A stretch of 55,383 bases of DNA, filler included, from Basidioascus undulatus (GCA_000826855.1; 4 parts of 4 records of this genome joined end to end with filler, not necessarily neighbours in it), one strand, 5' to 3'. Shown: positions 27,876-41,539, numbered from the whole stretch's first letter. Notes: generated by a model from the letters alone, not told the origin. Program-made: numbers and translations.

Positions 27876-29863
27876 TCATGCACGCCTGGGCATGGGCGAC
27901 GCGGGCGCGGGCACGCCAAGCTCCTGGAAGAGGCGCTGCTGTTCCTTAGGCGTCACTTGTTGTGGAGTGCAGGCCATGGTCAGACCAGAAATGACGTGGA
28001 AGGAAAGACGGGAAGAGGAAAGTGGGAGTGAAACGCACTCTGCCGTGCAGCCTCGTTCGCAAGCAGGACTTCGCGCCTGTACGTCTCGTACAGCACCTCG
28101 CGGGTCTGGGTCTTGAGGACCTGTCAATCCCCACAAGTTCACGGAAATCAGCTTGCGAACCTCTACCTAGTATTCCGCCGTGCTGTACCTTCTGGTATTC
28201 CCCGCCCAGCACAGCCTCCTTCAGCGCCGGGAAGTCGCAATGCGCGGGGTCGAGCACGTCCACCGCGCCCCAGCGGTAGCTGCGCGTCGTGGTGGACTTT
28301 GCGGTGCGCTCAGGAGCGACGATGGCGAAGGGGAGAAGGGACGATGGGGAAGCCGAGCCGTCGTCCGGGACGGCTTCGGGCTCCGTGCGGATGGGGGTCG
28401 GGGCGGTCGAAGGGCGGCGGGAGCCGGAGCGGCTCGTGCCGTTCAGCTTATGGCGCGATCGGATGCGGATGAGCTTGGGCGGCGTGGGCGGCGGCGGGAG
28501 TTCCGCTGCTGCCACTGCAGCCGCTGTACTCAGGCCATTCGAGCCGTTGCGGCCCATGGGCACCGCCAGGCCCGTAGGCGTCATCTGGCCGCTTGCCAGC
28601 CCCTCCCCATCCTCCTCGCCCGCATTCCCGTCCTCCGCAGCGGGCTCCTGCTCAGCAGGCGCAAACACCCCGAAGCCGACGCCCGCGCGCGCTAGGTCCC
28701 GGCGGACAGCGTCTTTCACGCGCGCGAGGTGCGCGTCCGACAGCTCGTCCGCACGCGCAATGACGGGGAGGACGTTGACGCGCTTTGCGAGACGCTGGAG
28801 TGTGCGGAGGTCGGACGGGTGCAGGGACAGCTCCTCGCCTTCCTGCTTCTCGACGGCGGGCGCTGGCTCAGGCGGAGGGGTGGGCGGGGAGGTCGGGTTG
28901 GCGCTCGAGGCGTTGGAGACTGTGGAGGGGGTGCGGAGGAAGAAGGTCGAGCGCGGGAGAGGGTGGGAGGAGGGAGGCGAGCGGAGAGAAGGGTAGGTGA
29001 TGGAGGAGGGGGAGAGGAGATATACGACGAGGTGGATGTGGTTGTCGGAGAGCGACGCAGAGGACCGGACGACTTTCGATTCCTGTAATAGAGCGAACAG
29101 CCTGAGCTCCCAGGGACGCAGCCGAGCAAGGAAGAACGTGAGACGCACCTCCTTGAGTGTCTCCCCGTACAATCCTTCAATGTACCGGAGAATACCATTC
29201 ACCTCCCGCTCCAACTCGAGCTCCCTCCCCGGCTCGCCTACGCTTAGCCCGGGCGCATCCGTCAAGCTCAGCATGACGCGATCGCCCGCCTCATCCAGCA
29301 CCTCAATCTTAACGCCCTGCATCTCCATCGTCCTCCGTCCTGCCCCCGTAAACGCCTTTGACGCAGCCGCTCGCTGCTCGGCCGTCGCGCCGGAGGAGAG
29401 CTCCAGCGTGTCAAGCAGGAGGCGCACGAGCGCGGGCTTGCCTGTCCCGCGCGCGCCAGCGACCAGCACGTTCAGAGGCGGGGNCCACCCCTCCCCCTCA
29501 GCGGCTGAGGCTTCGGGTGCGTGGTGCACCCCCAGCAGCGCCGGAGGGTGTGCCCGGAGCGCGGTAGGCCGAGGGCGCGTGCGAGGTGGTGGATGCTGCG
29601 TAGAGCGAGTTGACTGCGGCGCGGGAGGCGCGACCCTCGGAAGGAGAGCGCCGGAAGGAGCCCGCGGGCGTCGCAGGTGGCTCATCGGACGGACCTGAGA
29701 GATCTGCGAGCCCGCCCGGGACGGAAGACGCGAGGGACTGGGAGAAGGCGGGCGTCGCGGACAGTGAGCGCTCGAGGTCGGGTAGGGACGGCGACGCCTT
29801 GAGCGGCAGCAGCGCTGCGGGCATCGTAGGCGTCTTTTTTCGCCTCAGTCCGAAGAAGGACAT
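27876..29863 (-). CDS. Atypical septin-family GTPase with long N-terminal extension and low-complexity insertions
   Basis: LNVLVAGARGTGK (G1), LTDAPG (G3), DNHIHLVVYLL, RVNVLPVIARADEL (G4), LPFAIV, RSYRWGAVDVLDPAHCDFPALKEAV (septin unique element), LYETYR. The frame break at ~29484-29500 coincides with an ambiguous base. Confidence 0.88.
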
Positions 29864-31193
29864 CGTAGGCTGTCGTGTTGGTGGAAAGTGAAAAGGGACA
29901 GAGGGGGAAATGTGCAGGACCTGGAGGGTGGGCGCATCGGTACGTGGGGGAGTCAGCACACTTCGCTACTGCCTGGACCTTCCCAAACGCTCATAGACTA
30001 TTAAACATGACTTACGGAAAGGTCAAAACAGGTGAGAGATGGCACAGCCAGGGAATCGATCAAGAGCGGGAAGGGCGAATGTCTGGCAAGGGATGAAACT
30101 GTGAGCTTGCCAGCCATATGATAGGCTCTGGCTCTGGACGACCGGCAAGCGTACGGCTACAAAGTCAATGGGGTACCGCTTCAAGCGATACGGTCGGTGC
30201 TGATGGCGAGGAAGAAGACAGCGATGGGGAGGATGGCCAACACTGGCATGCACAGCGGCTGACAAGCGGTCCGTGCCCGCTCCGGATCACGGGGCGACGA
30301 GAAACCTGAAACATAAAGACAAAGAGCTGAAACAAGGAACGATCTTGGCGGTCTTTCCAGCTGTTTCTTGTAATTCAACTGTGCTTTCTTTCTTTCTGGA
30401 TTTCTTGGATTGATCTACGTGACGGTTCTCTGATATTCAGCATGTGCTCCTGCGAGCACGAATAACCCATGTAGCAGCTTTTAAGTCTCGTGTGCCATGT
30501 ACGAGGCTGCGTTCTTTACAGACAGCACTTCTCGAAGGACTCGTCTCACCCTGAATCCGAATCTGCTTAAGAGCGAATACCGTAGCGCCCTTCATTATTG
30601 GAAAGGGCCGGATTTGTACCTACCAGACAGCTCTCTTACCCCCGAGGAGCACATGCGTGTGAAAGCGATTTCTGGATGAATGACTGGGCGCAAGGAACCC
30701 TGGAGAACAGGCTTGTGTGCGTCGCGTTTCTTCATACCTTTTGTCTAGGGGAAGATATGGATTTGATACAGCCGAATCTTCTGGGGATCGTATTTGTTCA
30801 AGAGCTTACTTCGCCCTCAAAGACGTCGCCGTCAAGCAACGTCGGCGGCACGCTTCATAGCGGAATCACGTGATCAAGCCGCACTTGAAGCTGGCATCAT
30901 CCAGCTGATCCCGGTGCATGCTCGACTCTGTAGAGATTGGAAGTGTGCCAGTGGTGGAAAACCCCTCTGTGTGTCTCTTACACGGCGGGTACAACTGCCC
31001 AACTAACAGACGAAGATAAACCGCTCCGGCTGCGAACTGTTGTTTACCCTTGCGCACCATCGCACTGCGACATTCGCTGGCTGAGAGGTCATTTTGGTAC
31101 TGAAATGGGCCACGGCCACGTTGATTGTTTTCAAGGCACAGTCTCGTCGTGCGTATACGTCCACGAAAAAACGTAGTAGCCGTACATCAAAGA

Positions 31194-32138
31194 TCAGGTA
31201 AAATCGTCCTCCGTAAAGTTCTGATCCAACAAAGGAGTGCCCGGCTCATCCCAAAGGGTCCCATGCTCCGCCTTGCTCAACACCCAATCACGCAGCTCAA
31301 CTACCTCCAACCTTCCCACTTGCAAGGACACGGTATCGACTTTGGTCTGGATGTCTGCCCTGCGCGACTTTAGCTCTAACCAAAGGTCATCCTTGGCCAT
31401 CAGCACATCGAAATCATCAGGGCTGTGACTCGTTTGCAAGAGCGTTAGGCGCTGTAGCCCTGGCTCTGAGGCCTTCGTAATAAGGTCGTGCAAGGTGGAG
31501 GACCGTAAGAGAGGCGACTTTGAAATGAGTCCCCGTACTCGGAATAATGAAATCCTGCAAAAGCGGGAAACCATCGAGGGACCTCCTAGTGGAGCTTATG
31601 ACATTGGCGAGGGGTGCATATAGGCGGAGCAGTGAAGGCTTCGACCCAGGGGCGACGTCGCCCACGAACAGGTCGGGTGCAAAAAGTTCCTCGAGAAGAG
31701 GAAACGAATAGACCGTGACGCCTATGGGGAACGGAGTCTCTATGCGGCTGTAGGAGCTCCCCTTGAATTCGGCGCGATCGACAGCGAGGCGACGGACGAT
31801 GGATGAAATTGACGGCGCGCAGGACGTCGTCGTAGGCCAGCTCGTAGTTGCGCCCCCAGGATGGGAGGAAGATGGCGAGCGAATGGACACTCCGTGCAAG
31901 ATCTGAGCAATTTTTGAGAGTATAAGCCAGAGAAACAAGGTTTGAATACGGATTTATAACGATCGAGGTGTAGAGCAGGCGCGAGGCGGTCGGGAAGAGG
32001 GCGCGGGAGACGAGGCAGAGAGCGGACAGCGTGGGCCAGTCGCGGAAATACGAGAAGGGGTCTGTTTGTGGGCACGGCTGCCAGCTCGAAGATGTGCTGG
32101 GCGGTCTGTAGCGGGAGTGATGGCGCCAGAGATGACAT
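31194..32138 (-). pseudogene. F-box-like / LRR-like gene with multiple frameshifts
   Basis: MSSLAPSLPLQTAQHIFELA, then in a shifted frame WPTLSALCLVSRALFPTASRLLYTSIVI...DLARSVHSLAI, then further frames FPLLEELFAP and GLQRLTLL. Confidence 0.65.
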
Positions 32139-33384
32139 GGTGGTGGGCGCTGGAGGTCAGACGGTGGTGAAGAGCAGGACAAAGGATCAGCGATGGAGCG
32201 ATGCTTGCAGTGCTGGCACGGACTCCTGACTGTCAGGCCTCACGCGGTTACATCACAAATCCTTGCTCAATGGTATGCTTACTATTCATGAACAAGTGAA
32301 GGAATGCAACTGTCAGCGATCTCGAACGGCTCATCGCTGCTGCATGCTCGAACTCATGGAAGTCAGGTACATACCAAGTTGGGGACAGTGGCTTGAATTC
32401 CTGCCTGTGGGCTGCGCATCCCATCATACTAGAACGGTAGATAATTTCCATACAGAGTCGAATGTCGCTAACCGGAAAATGCTCTATTGCCTTAAACTGC
32501 CAGCAGGAACTTCACAACAACCGTCAGAATCTTCCATACTCGCTGCTGCAGGGACACTTCTACTCAGATGCCCCGTTCTACACGACTCCTAGTGTGAACA
32601 TTGCTAAAGTGTGACTGCATCACCGTGAACACGTGTACGAGTACGAAAGCTCGAGTCTTCATATTTTTCAGAAAGGCGGCGACACAGTCTGAGGCGAAGG
32701 GTCATCCCTGAAGAAGGAGTACAGCTCTCCAGTTCTTCGGCCCTTTGTAACTATCGATTTGAGTATAGGATATTGCTTTATAGGCAATTAGAATATCCGA
32801 GCGGTCGTTCTCTCTGGATATTGCTCCTGCAGCTGTTGGTAAAGGAGGCCAGGAAGCGTCTGGGCGCCCGAGCCACTGCACCATAGGGTACCTTGGTGGA
32901 GCTTTAGGCCTTTAAGACATACTCTGGGGCGAATTAAGAAGTGCATGTCTGTTGAAAAGCAATGCATCAGCCGCATTGCAAGCAGTGGCTGGCGGAACGG
33001 CCCTAGTACGCCCAGTGGTCTGCAGCATTCGTTGCTGCGCTGACCTTTCGATGTAGTAACGCGCGCAACTTATTTACTTTTAAACTGGAGCTGATTACCT
33101 TAAAAAACTTTTTGTGGCAGGAAGGCATTGATGTAGCAACCTTTTGGCAACCGAGCTCAAAGAAGGACCGTCGCAGCGGCCCGCTCATGAGCCGCTGCGC
33201 TCACTTTCACGTTCACTCCCACGCCATACACTCGGATTGTCATCATCAGGATCCCACTAGTATAATTTTCAATTCCAATTACTCAAGAAGCCTTCAGGCT
33301 ACTTCAGCCTCCCCGGCTGTGCCTGCCCGTCCGCAACGCCTTCAGCCTGTCCTCTCATCAAATTGCTCTCTTCCTCCACATATC

Positions 33385-34268
33385 ATGTCGGACCCCAGCA
33401 CACGTCTCTTTGTCGCCGAAATTCCAGTCGGCATCTATCTTCCGCGCTGCTTCCAGATGCCTCAAGAGTCTGTATTGGCCTTCTTTTCCGAATATAACCC
33501 CGTGAGCCACTGGACTTCTGGAGGTCAACGACAGAGGCACTCTAGGGACCAACTGACGCCCGACGCCATTTCCAGGCTGGACCTCATGATCCTCCAAAGC
33601 GGGGCCATCCCATGCCGACTAAGACTGTGTATACGTTGGCGGAGTTCCCCGACGCTGGAACGGCCGACCAGGCCCGCCGCGCGCTCGACCGGGCTACTTT
33701 CTGCGGTCCGCGCTCACCCGAACCACGGAGCCTGTCAGCCACAAGTCAAGCTACGACCTCAGGCATCCTTGGAAGCCAAGCCTCCGGCCGGGCAGGATGC
33801 GCTCGCAGAGACCGACGCCGAGGCAGCGCTCACGCAGCCCGCACCGCGAGTCACACTCGCACCGCGCCGCCCGCCGGGACTGGCACGCTCGTGATCATCA
33901 TGGAGAAAACGAGAAGTCCTCCGAGCGAGCGCTATTGGGACCTCGTCCACCGCTGGAGGGAGCGCGTACGCGAGCTTGAGGCGGCGCTGAAGGACTCTCG
34001 GCTCGAGGCGGACATGCTGCGTGCGAAATTGCAGGATGCAGAGAAACGGGCGGGCTTGACGTCTGATCAGCGGTGGGAGAAGGTATGGGATTCCCGGGAC
34101 AGCTTTCAGGGAGGGAAAGGTCTTCGGGCGAGCAGGACGATCGTGGACGCAGCCGGACCCGCAGGCAGCCTACCACGAGTCGTAGTTCCTGGCCGTCATG
34201 AGCCTCGTTTCCCGTCTCCGCTGTTTATATGTATACAAGCTCCTTGGTTGGCTACATGCCGCCTGTGA
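33385..34268 (+). pseudogene. RRM-like + Arg-rich + coiled-coil gene, copy 1 (frameshifted)
   Basis: STRLFVAEIP (RNP2-like), VYTLAEFPDAGTADQARRALDRATFCG (RNP1/helix-2-like), RQRSRSPHRESHSHR in an alternative frame, YWDLVHRWRERVRELEAALKDSRLEADMLRAKL coiled coil. Confidence 0.6.
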
Positions 34269-34780
34269 CAAATATACCCTGCCGAAAACACACCGCCGTG
34301 AAACCAGCGAAGCGACCTGGTCACATATGCCGTCCTTGCCCTCTTGCGAAAGCCGACCCAGATAAGCCAAATTGTCTAGTTCTGATTGTAAGCTCTGTAT
34401 GTCTCTATTTGGCTAAATATTGCCCTAGCCGCCTCCCTTGCACCGGCGAGCTATCACCACAATTGTCGCAATTGCAACTCGCTGTTCGGCTTGAGCAGCG
34501 TACTGCCGTTCATTTATTTAAGACACCCTTTCTGACCGCTTCTCTCTCACCAGCACTCCGAAAAGCCATGGAACGAGTCCGGGATACACAGCCGCGGGTG
34601 AATCAATCCCGCAAGTCGCTCCCATCGATTCTCATTCACACACAACAAGCAGCGCCAGGCCAGCTAGCGTCACACGCCCCATATCCAGTGCACGAGTTTT
34701 TACGGGCTTTTTCGAAGCAAAAGTACAAATACTACAGCAGCGCGTGTCCATAATTCTACACCCGTCCGTCCCTCCATCCT

Positions 34781-37700
34781 TCATCCCAGGAGGTCGCTCA
34801 TGCCCGCCGCGGACAACGTGAGAACGAACTGTCCGCAGCGTGGAGATCAGCAAATTGGCTCCCCGGGTTGGGGCAGTGGAAGAAGATGGGGGAAGGGGAA
34901 GACGCACCTCGTCGTCCAGGTACTTGGACACGGATAGAGAGTCGCCGAGACCTTTCCTCCGGCGAACCTTGAGACAGAAGTCCTGATCACCCACCCACCT
35001 CGTCAGCACCTAACGACCACGCAAATCGCATTATCGCTCGCAGTTGCAGCAACGCACTCTTGCGAGGTGCTGCGCCGGCGCGGGCTCCAGCGGGCGGAGC
35101 TTGATGGACGTGTCGGTGGGGTCGCCTGTGCGCACGTCCGTCAACAGTCAGCTTTCCCTGCTCTTCATCCAACGAAAAGACAAGGAAAAGGCAAGGAAAA
35201 CGCACCAGGCACGATCTGCCAGTGGTCAAAGATCTGGAGGCAGAACGCGCGACCGAGGGTCTGCGTGCGGAGGTCGGTCTCAAACCCGTTGGCGTCGATA
35301 ACGGGGATGAGGGCCTTGATCGTGTACAGCGGGCTGCCCGCCTTGGGCTCATCCTTCGTCACGTGTCCCCGGCGCTTCGCGAGCACCTGGTACACGACCG
35401 GCACGCAGTCCGCGGGCGCTTGGATCTCGACGTAGTAGACGGGCTCCATGAGGCGGGGGGTAGCCTGCCGCGCGCCACTCATCTCGTCAGCTAGCCGTAC
35501 CGCTGCGCGTTGGGGAAAGATGGGGAGACGCACCATGAGGAAGGAGGAATAGCAGACGCGGCGCGCGGTGGGGATGATCTGCCCGCCGCCGCGGTAGATC
35601 GGCTCTTGCGCGATCTGAGCGTCCAATATCCGGAACTTGACGCCGCGAATAGCTACCCATCCCCCCATCATCAGCCTGCCGCGCTCTCCTCCCAATACGC
35701 CGAGGAAAGAGAAAACGACATACGCTCGTCCGCGAGCGGCCCTTCCCGCGTCCCCCACTGGAAGCCCTGCTTGATCGACTCCTTCACGCTCGCCAACAGC
35801 TTCCTGTCGACCTGTTTCCCCCGCAACCCACCCCAAATCAGCGCTCCCTCACTCCTAGGGCGTTCCCGCTCCCGAACGCACCTCGCTCGGCAGCGTATCG
35901 TCCATGAGGATATTGGGCCCGTTCTCGTCGGGGCCGAAGGCCCAGATGCTGCGGGACGCGAGGAGGTCCCATCCGTACTTCTCCTCGAAGAACTTGCCGC
36001 GCTCCTTGTTGGTCATCCACATGCCCACCCGGCCCTGCTCGATGTCCTCCGCGATGCCCTTCTCGAGCGGCTCCGCGATCATCGTGATCTTGTTCCTTTC
36101 CCCGGCACCCCACATGCATCAGCCAACCGTCTTCATCTCATCTGACATGCCGCTGGGAGTCGACGCACTTCTTGTTCGGCGTCTCAGCGTAGCACTTGAG
36201 CGCGCTAGTCTCGACAACCGTCTCGCAGAACTTGACGACCGGATCAGAGACCTTGATCTCGATCTCTGCGAACAAAACACGAAGGTCGTGGAGGACCGAG
36301 TCGAGGTAGATCTCGCCCGTGCCGAGGACTATGTGCTCTCCGGACTCCTCGACTTTGGTCTGTAGGAGCGGGTAGCTCTTGTTGACCTTGCGCAGGCCGT
36401 CGAGCATCTTGGGGAGCTCGGACGGGTTCAGGGGCTCGACCGCGACCTTCAAGACGGACTCCGTGATGTGCTTCAGCGGGCGGAAGATGTGCAGGTCGTC
36501 CTCGACCGAGGACGCCACGAGCGTCGCGGTCTTGGTGATCGACGAGTCCACGCCGCCGAGCAGGACCCAACTGCCAGCGGGCACCTCGGGCGCGTCGACC
36601 GTGTACCTGCACCAAATCATCCCGCCCATCCCCGCCAAGTCAGCCACTTTTCCCTTTCTCCTGTTTTCTCTCCCGGAACTGCCTTTGGAGGGGCGGGAGG
36701 GGAGGGGGACAGCCCAACGCACCTCGACTCGTTCACCCAAACATCCTCAATAGTAGCGACAACCATGTCCTCCTCGTCCTCGAGCGAGTACGCCTCGCCA
36801 AGGACCTTGAGCTCCGTGCCCCTGCGCGCCGAGCCGCTGACGACGCGGCCGAACGCGCGGAAGCCCTCGGCGTCGGACGTGGCGTACAGCTTCGTGACGT
36901 GCACGACGAGCGGGCCGTCGGCTTCGCACGCTATGAGCGCCTGCGCGAGGGGCGTGTTGAGCGGGCCGGTGTACGTGTGCTGGATCTGGTTCCACCAACC
37001 CAAACCAACCCCAGACCACGACGCCATTAGCATGGAGGAAGAAGGGAGAAGGAGAAGGGAGAGAAGGGCAACAGACGCACCTTGGCCTCAGCCGCCTGCT
37101 TCGGGCTCGGCACGTGCTGGACGAGCATGTCGACGAGGCCTGTCGCGGGCCCAAAGAACTGCTCCAGCACGAGCTTGAGGAGTGGGCGGACGTCCATCTT
37201 GTACGCGACAGGCTTGAGATGGATCCCGAGCGACTCAAGCGTCTCCTTGAGCTGCTCCGTGTCCTCGCCGAGCACCTGCGTTGGCCCCACCGCCATCAGT
37301 CTTACTACCCCAACCTACACACTGCGAGTTGCATGATCGCAGGGGACGTACCTGCGTGTAAAGCTTGTACAGCGGCTGCAGGATGAAGTAGACGAACGAC
37401 CGCGGCGCGTCGGGCGCGGGGACGTTGCGCGTGAACGTGCGCTTCTCAGTGTCAAACCATATATTGCCCCAGAGGCGGGCCGCGAACGCGTTGACGTCGA
37501 GCGAACCTGCTCCGCAGACCCCACATGTCAACACAACGAGCGTGGATTGGTGGGGGCGCGGGTGCGTGTAGCGCTACGGGAACGAGAAAGTGCAGAGGGG
37601 GAGGGGGAGGGGGAGAAGAGGAAGGGGAGGAAGTAAGGGAAAAGGGGAAGGAAGCACGCGACGCACCGTACGTGTCGGCGTACATCTGCGCGAACGACTG

Positions 37701-39447
37701 GAGCGTGAAGCACCACGCCATGTCGGTGCTCGCGAACGCGACGTTGCCGAGCTCGGGCGAGAGGCGGAGAGACGAGTCGGGGTTGATGGAGCTGCCCGTC
37801 GCGCCAGCTCGTCAGTACCTACACGCGTTTCCACCCAACCCCAATCCCACCCTTCATCCGCCATCAACCATCCACCGTACTTTGCCATCTCCCAGTGAAA
37901 AAGACGCCCGAGGGAAAGGAGAGGATGAAGGGGGTGGAGGGAAGAGGGGAGGGACCGCCGACTCACGCAATAACCGAGTTGACTTCCTCGATGGTGTGTT
38001 TGATCTTGAAGAAGGCCTCGGAGGGCGGGAGGCGGAGCTCGAGGAAGAGGCGCTCGAGCTTGTTGAGGACGAGAACGGGCGCGAGGCCCTCGGAGAGCAC
38101 GTGCCGGAGGACGATCTCGGTGCCGGCCATCACCTGTTGACCCCGCCCACATCCAAAGTAAGTCCTCTTTCTAACTTGGCATGCGAAGTTGCCCGGAAGA
38201 GGAGGGACGAGCAGAAGAGGAAAAGCGGGGGAGGGAAAGGGCAAGGGCAAGGAAAAGGGAAGATGGCGCAGGCGAGGAAGGAGAGTGAGGACTCACCCCC
38301 TCCACCACATCCACCACCACCACCGCGCCGTCCGCCAGGCGCGTCGCGGCGGCGACCTCGTCGACGAAGTTGGTGTGGCCGGGCGTGTCGAGGACGTTGA
38401 CGAGGTACGACTTGCCCTGCGTCGAGGGCAGGACGAGCGTCATGGGGGAGGACTTGATGCTGATCCCGCGGTCGCGCTCGAGGAGGTGCGTGTCGGTGTA
38501 GCGCTCCTGCACGTGGGGGGAGAGTATCAGCGCGGTGTATGAAGAAAGACAAGGGTGGGAAGGCGCGGGTGGGAATGGGAGAAAAGAGAGGAAGGAGGGA
38601 TAGGAGGGAAGAAGGAGGGGGGGAAGGAAGGTGTGGAAAACGACGCACCTGCCGCGTCGTATCCCACTCCATAACGTGCGTCTCAAACGCAAGCATGTCC
38701 ACAAAGCTCGTCTTGCCATGGTGGAGGTGGCCCACAACGGCGACGTTGCGGACCATGTCCGGGTGCTGCATCAGGTCAAACATGAACCCGCGGTCGAAGC
38801 GCGTCTGCGGGAGCCCCTTCTCTTGCACTTGGAACTTGCGGTCCCGCACGGGCTCGACGATCGGCTGTGTGAGGGGTTGGGCATCTTCTTCTTCCACGAG
38901 CTGTTCGATCCCACCATCAGCATGGGGTGCTGCTAGGTGAGCGAGAGAGAACGGGGAGACGGACAGTCTCGACGCCCTGCGCACCGCCCCATCTTTTAAT
39001 CAGCGTGTTGCCCAGAAGGAAGAGAAGTGTGGGGCGACGCACCTCGCCATACGTCTCCGCCGCGGTAGGGTAGTACTTCTTATCCTCATGCAGGACGACC
39101 TGATTACTCGGTGCCTCTGCCCGTCCCCACCCACATCAGCCTCCCCTCCCCCTGCCTCCCTCTTCACACCACGCACCATCCACGTCCATGCGTGCCAGCT
39201 CCATCCCCCGCCCAGGCATCTGCACCTCCTCCTCCTCCTCCTGGTCCTCCTCATACCCCTCCAGCGGCGCGTGCGTCGGCGCTGCGGGTGCGGCCGCCGC
39301 GGGGGCCTGGTCGAGCTCGATGTCGGACTCCTCGTCCGAGCCGAGGTCGCCGCCGATGTAGTTGCCGAACTGCGGCGGGGCGTCAGGGGGGCCGAGATTG
39401 CTAAACAGCACGGACAGAGGGGGACCCACCTCGTCGTACTGATCCAT
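34781..39447 (-). CDS. SNU114: U5 snRNP 116 kDa EF-2-like GTPase (Snu114/EFTUD2), many introns
   Basis: [101 protein letters not shown]. Confidence 0.97.
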
Positions 39448-39664
39448 TGTCAGCGAGGCGGAGGGGAGCGGGGAGAGAAGACGCGAGGTGTGATGGACGC
39501 GAGAAGGGAGCTGATGGCCTTGCTTGCGCGTGCAGGCAGGCAAGTCCGCCTGCCTCGCCCTGAAAATCGCCAAATAGCCATCAAACCGTGTCTTCTCTCT
39601 TGACTTTCCCAACTTCCTCTTCGACTCGCTCACACCCAACACACACCATTTCTGTTTACACACC

Positions 39665-40915
39665 ATGCCCTCCCCTCCCTCCCTCCTCTCCCTCCTCTCC
39701 TCCACCAACCCGTCCAACCCGCCCCTCACGCTAATCGCCCACTCCCCCGCGCTCTCCGCACACTTCCTCCTCCGGCACGCCCTCCGCGAGGCGCTCAGGG
39801 CAGGGCAGGCGCCCGTGCTTCTGTGCCTCGAGCAGGCGCCGGGTTACTTCCTCCGTGGCTTGAGCGCGGAGGTGAGGGAGCAGGTGCGGGTGGTCGATGG
39901 GCGGGGGTGGGAGGGGTATGGCGAGGCGCAGGAAGGGAGGGGGTGGGAAGAGAGGGGGGAGGAGCTGATTGGTGCTTGTGCGTTCTCTGTTTCCCATTTA
40001 CCATTAAAAGTTGACTGAATCCTTCCCGTCAGCACCCAACGCCCCTCCATCAATCTTCATCGACTCCCTCACCCTCCTCTCCACCCTCACCTCGTCCACC
40101 ACCCTCCTCTCCTCGCTCTCCACCCTCCTCTCCACCCCGTCTCTCCGGCTCACCGCGCTCTACCTCCTCCCCTCCCCCCTAACTCCCCACCTCCTCTTCC
40201 CCACCCTGTCCTCCTCCCTCACGCACCTCACCCTCCACGCCCCCGTCCTCCTACGACACATAGCAACCGCCTACCGCCTCGCTCCCAGCTCCCCGCGCTT
40301 CCTCGAGATCCTACACGAGGAGGCTGCGCTGGCGCAGGTGGGGAGTAGGAATGCGGGGGAGGCGATCGTGGAAGTCCTTGTCCGCCGCAGCGGCGGCGCA
40401 GGGGCGAAGACGGGTGTGCAGGTAGGGCTGGAGGGCGTGCGGGTTGGACGGGGCGGGGTGGTAGAGGGGGTCAGTCTTAAGGAACTAGGGCTGGAGGAGA
40501 AAGAGGGTGGGGTTTCTCAGGTAGCGCGGCATGAGGTGCGTTTGCAGTGTTGTGTGGCAGGGTTCCTCGGACTCCCCGCTGATTTGGGGGGAGCAACAGC
40601 CCGACCCCACCGCCCTCCCCGGCATCTCTTTCAACCTCTCCCTCACACCCGAGCAGCGCTCCGCGCGCGAGGCCGTGCCGCTGCCGTACATCCAACAACA
40701 GGCGCAGCAAGCCGGTCCGTCATTCCACCCCTCCCCCTCTGCCTTCCTTCTCTACCTTTCTTCATGTTCCGATGCTGATGACGATGATGGTTCTTTTTTC
40801 AGATGGACAACCCCTTCAACAGCAGCAGCAGCCCCTTGCACCCGTCATCATATACGACCCCGACTCGGCGGACGACATGGACGATGAGGACCCGGATGAG
40901 GACCTCGATCTGTGA
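39665..40915 (+). CDS. ELP5: Elongator complex subunit 5 (Elp5/Iki1)-like
   Basis: IFIDSL in a RecA-like region; C-terminal DPTALPGISFNLSLTPEQRSAREAVPLPY...IIYDPDSADDMDDEDPDEDLDL* is the Elp5 signature. Confidence 0.85.
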
Positions 40916-41539
40916 TTCGATGCACCGTTGACATTGCGGCCCATTCTTTCCACCTTTGGATCTCGCCCGCACCATACTAAAAAATTGATACTGACAAGCA
41001 CTCTGCTTTCATTCTTCCTTCTCAAACGCACTCGACGACTCTCTCTCACTCCTTTCTTTCGCTTTCCACCGACAACTGCTCCTCTGCCCCGGGCATGCCG
41101 ACGACTTTCGATCGCTCATCTCTCTCCCAACCGATCTAGCGCAGTTTTTGCGCCCAAGCTCTCTGCCCTGCTCTGCCCCGTCCCGCCGCGCCCTGTCCCG
41201 CTCTGTCTGGGTGCACGAACACGACCGCACTCCTCATCCATCCGGAGTTCTCTGTAATCTCAGCTGGCGGTGGACACCCTCGTCATCATTTTTGAACGGC
41301 AGCAGTATAAAAATTGGATCCTGACGAGCTTGAAAGCGGCTCCGGTGTATGCCGCTGCTGGTGCAGGCCAGCGTCGCGAGCAGGGCGGGGTCTGGGGGGA
41401 TTTCGTAGATTCTGACCGGGACCTCTTGAGGATGTACTTGTTTATAAAGGCATTGCGGGTCGGCGGACGTGCTCGACATCATTAGAGGATATAGAGCATA
41501 CGCTTCCGTTCTCGACCACGGGAGTCTGAACAAGCTCGT

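Noticed and set aside
28113..29698. Long plus-strand ORFs opposite the septin (likewise opposite SNU114, IDH2 and REC114)
   Set aside because: Antisense shadows of GC-rich coding sequence; low-complexity translations with no motifs.
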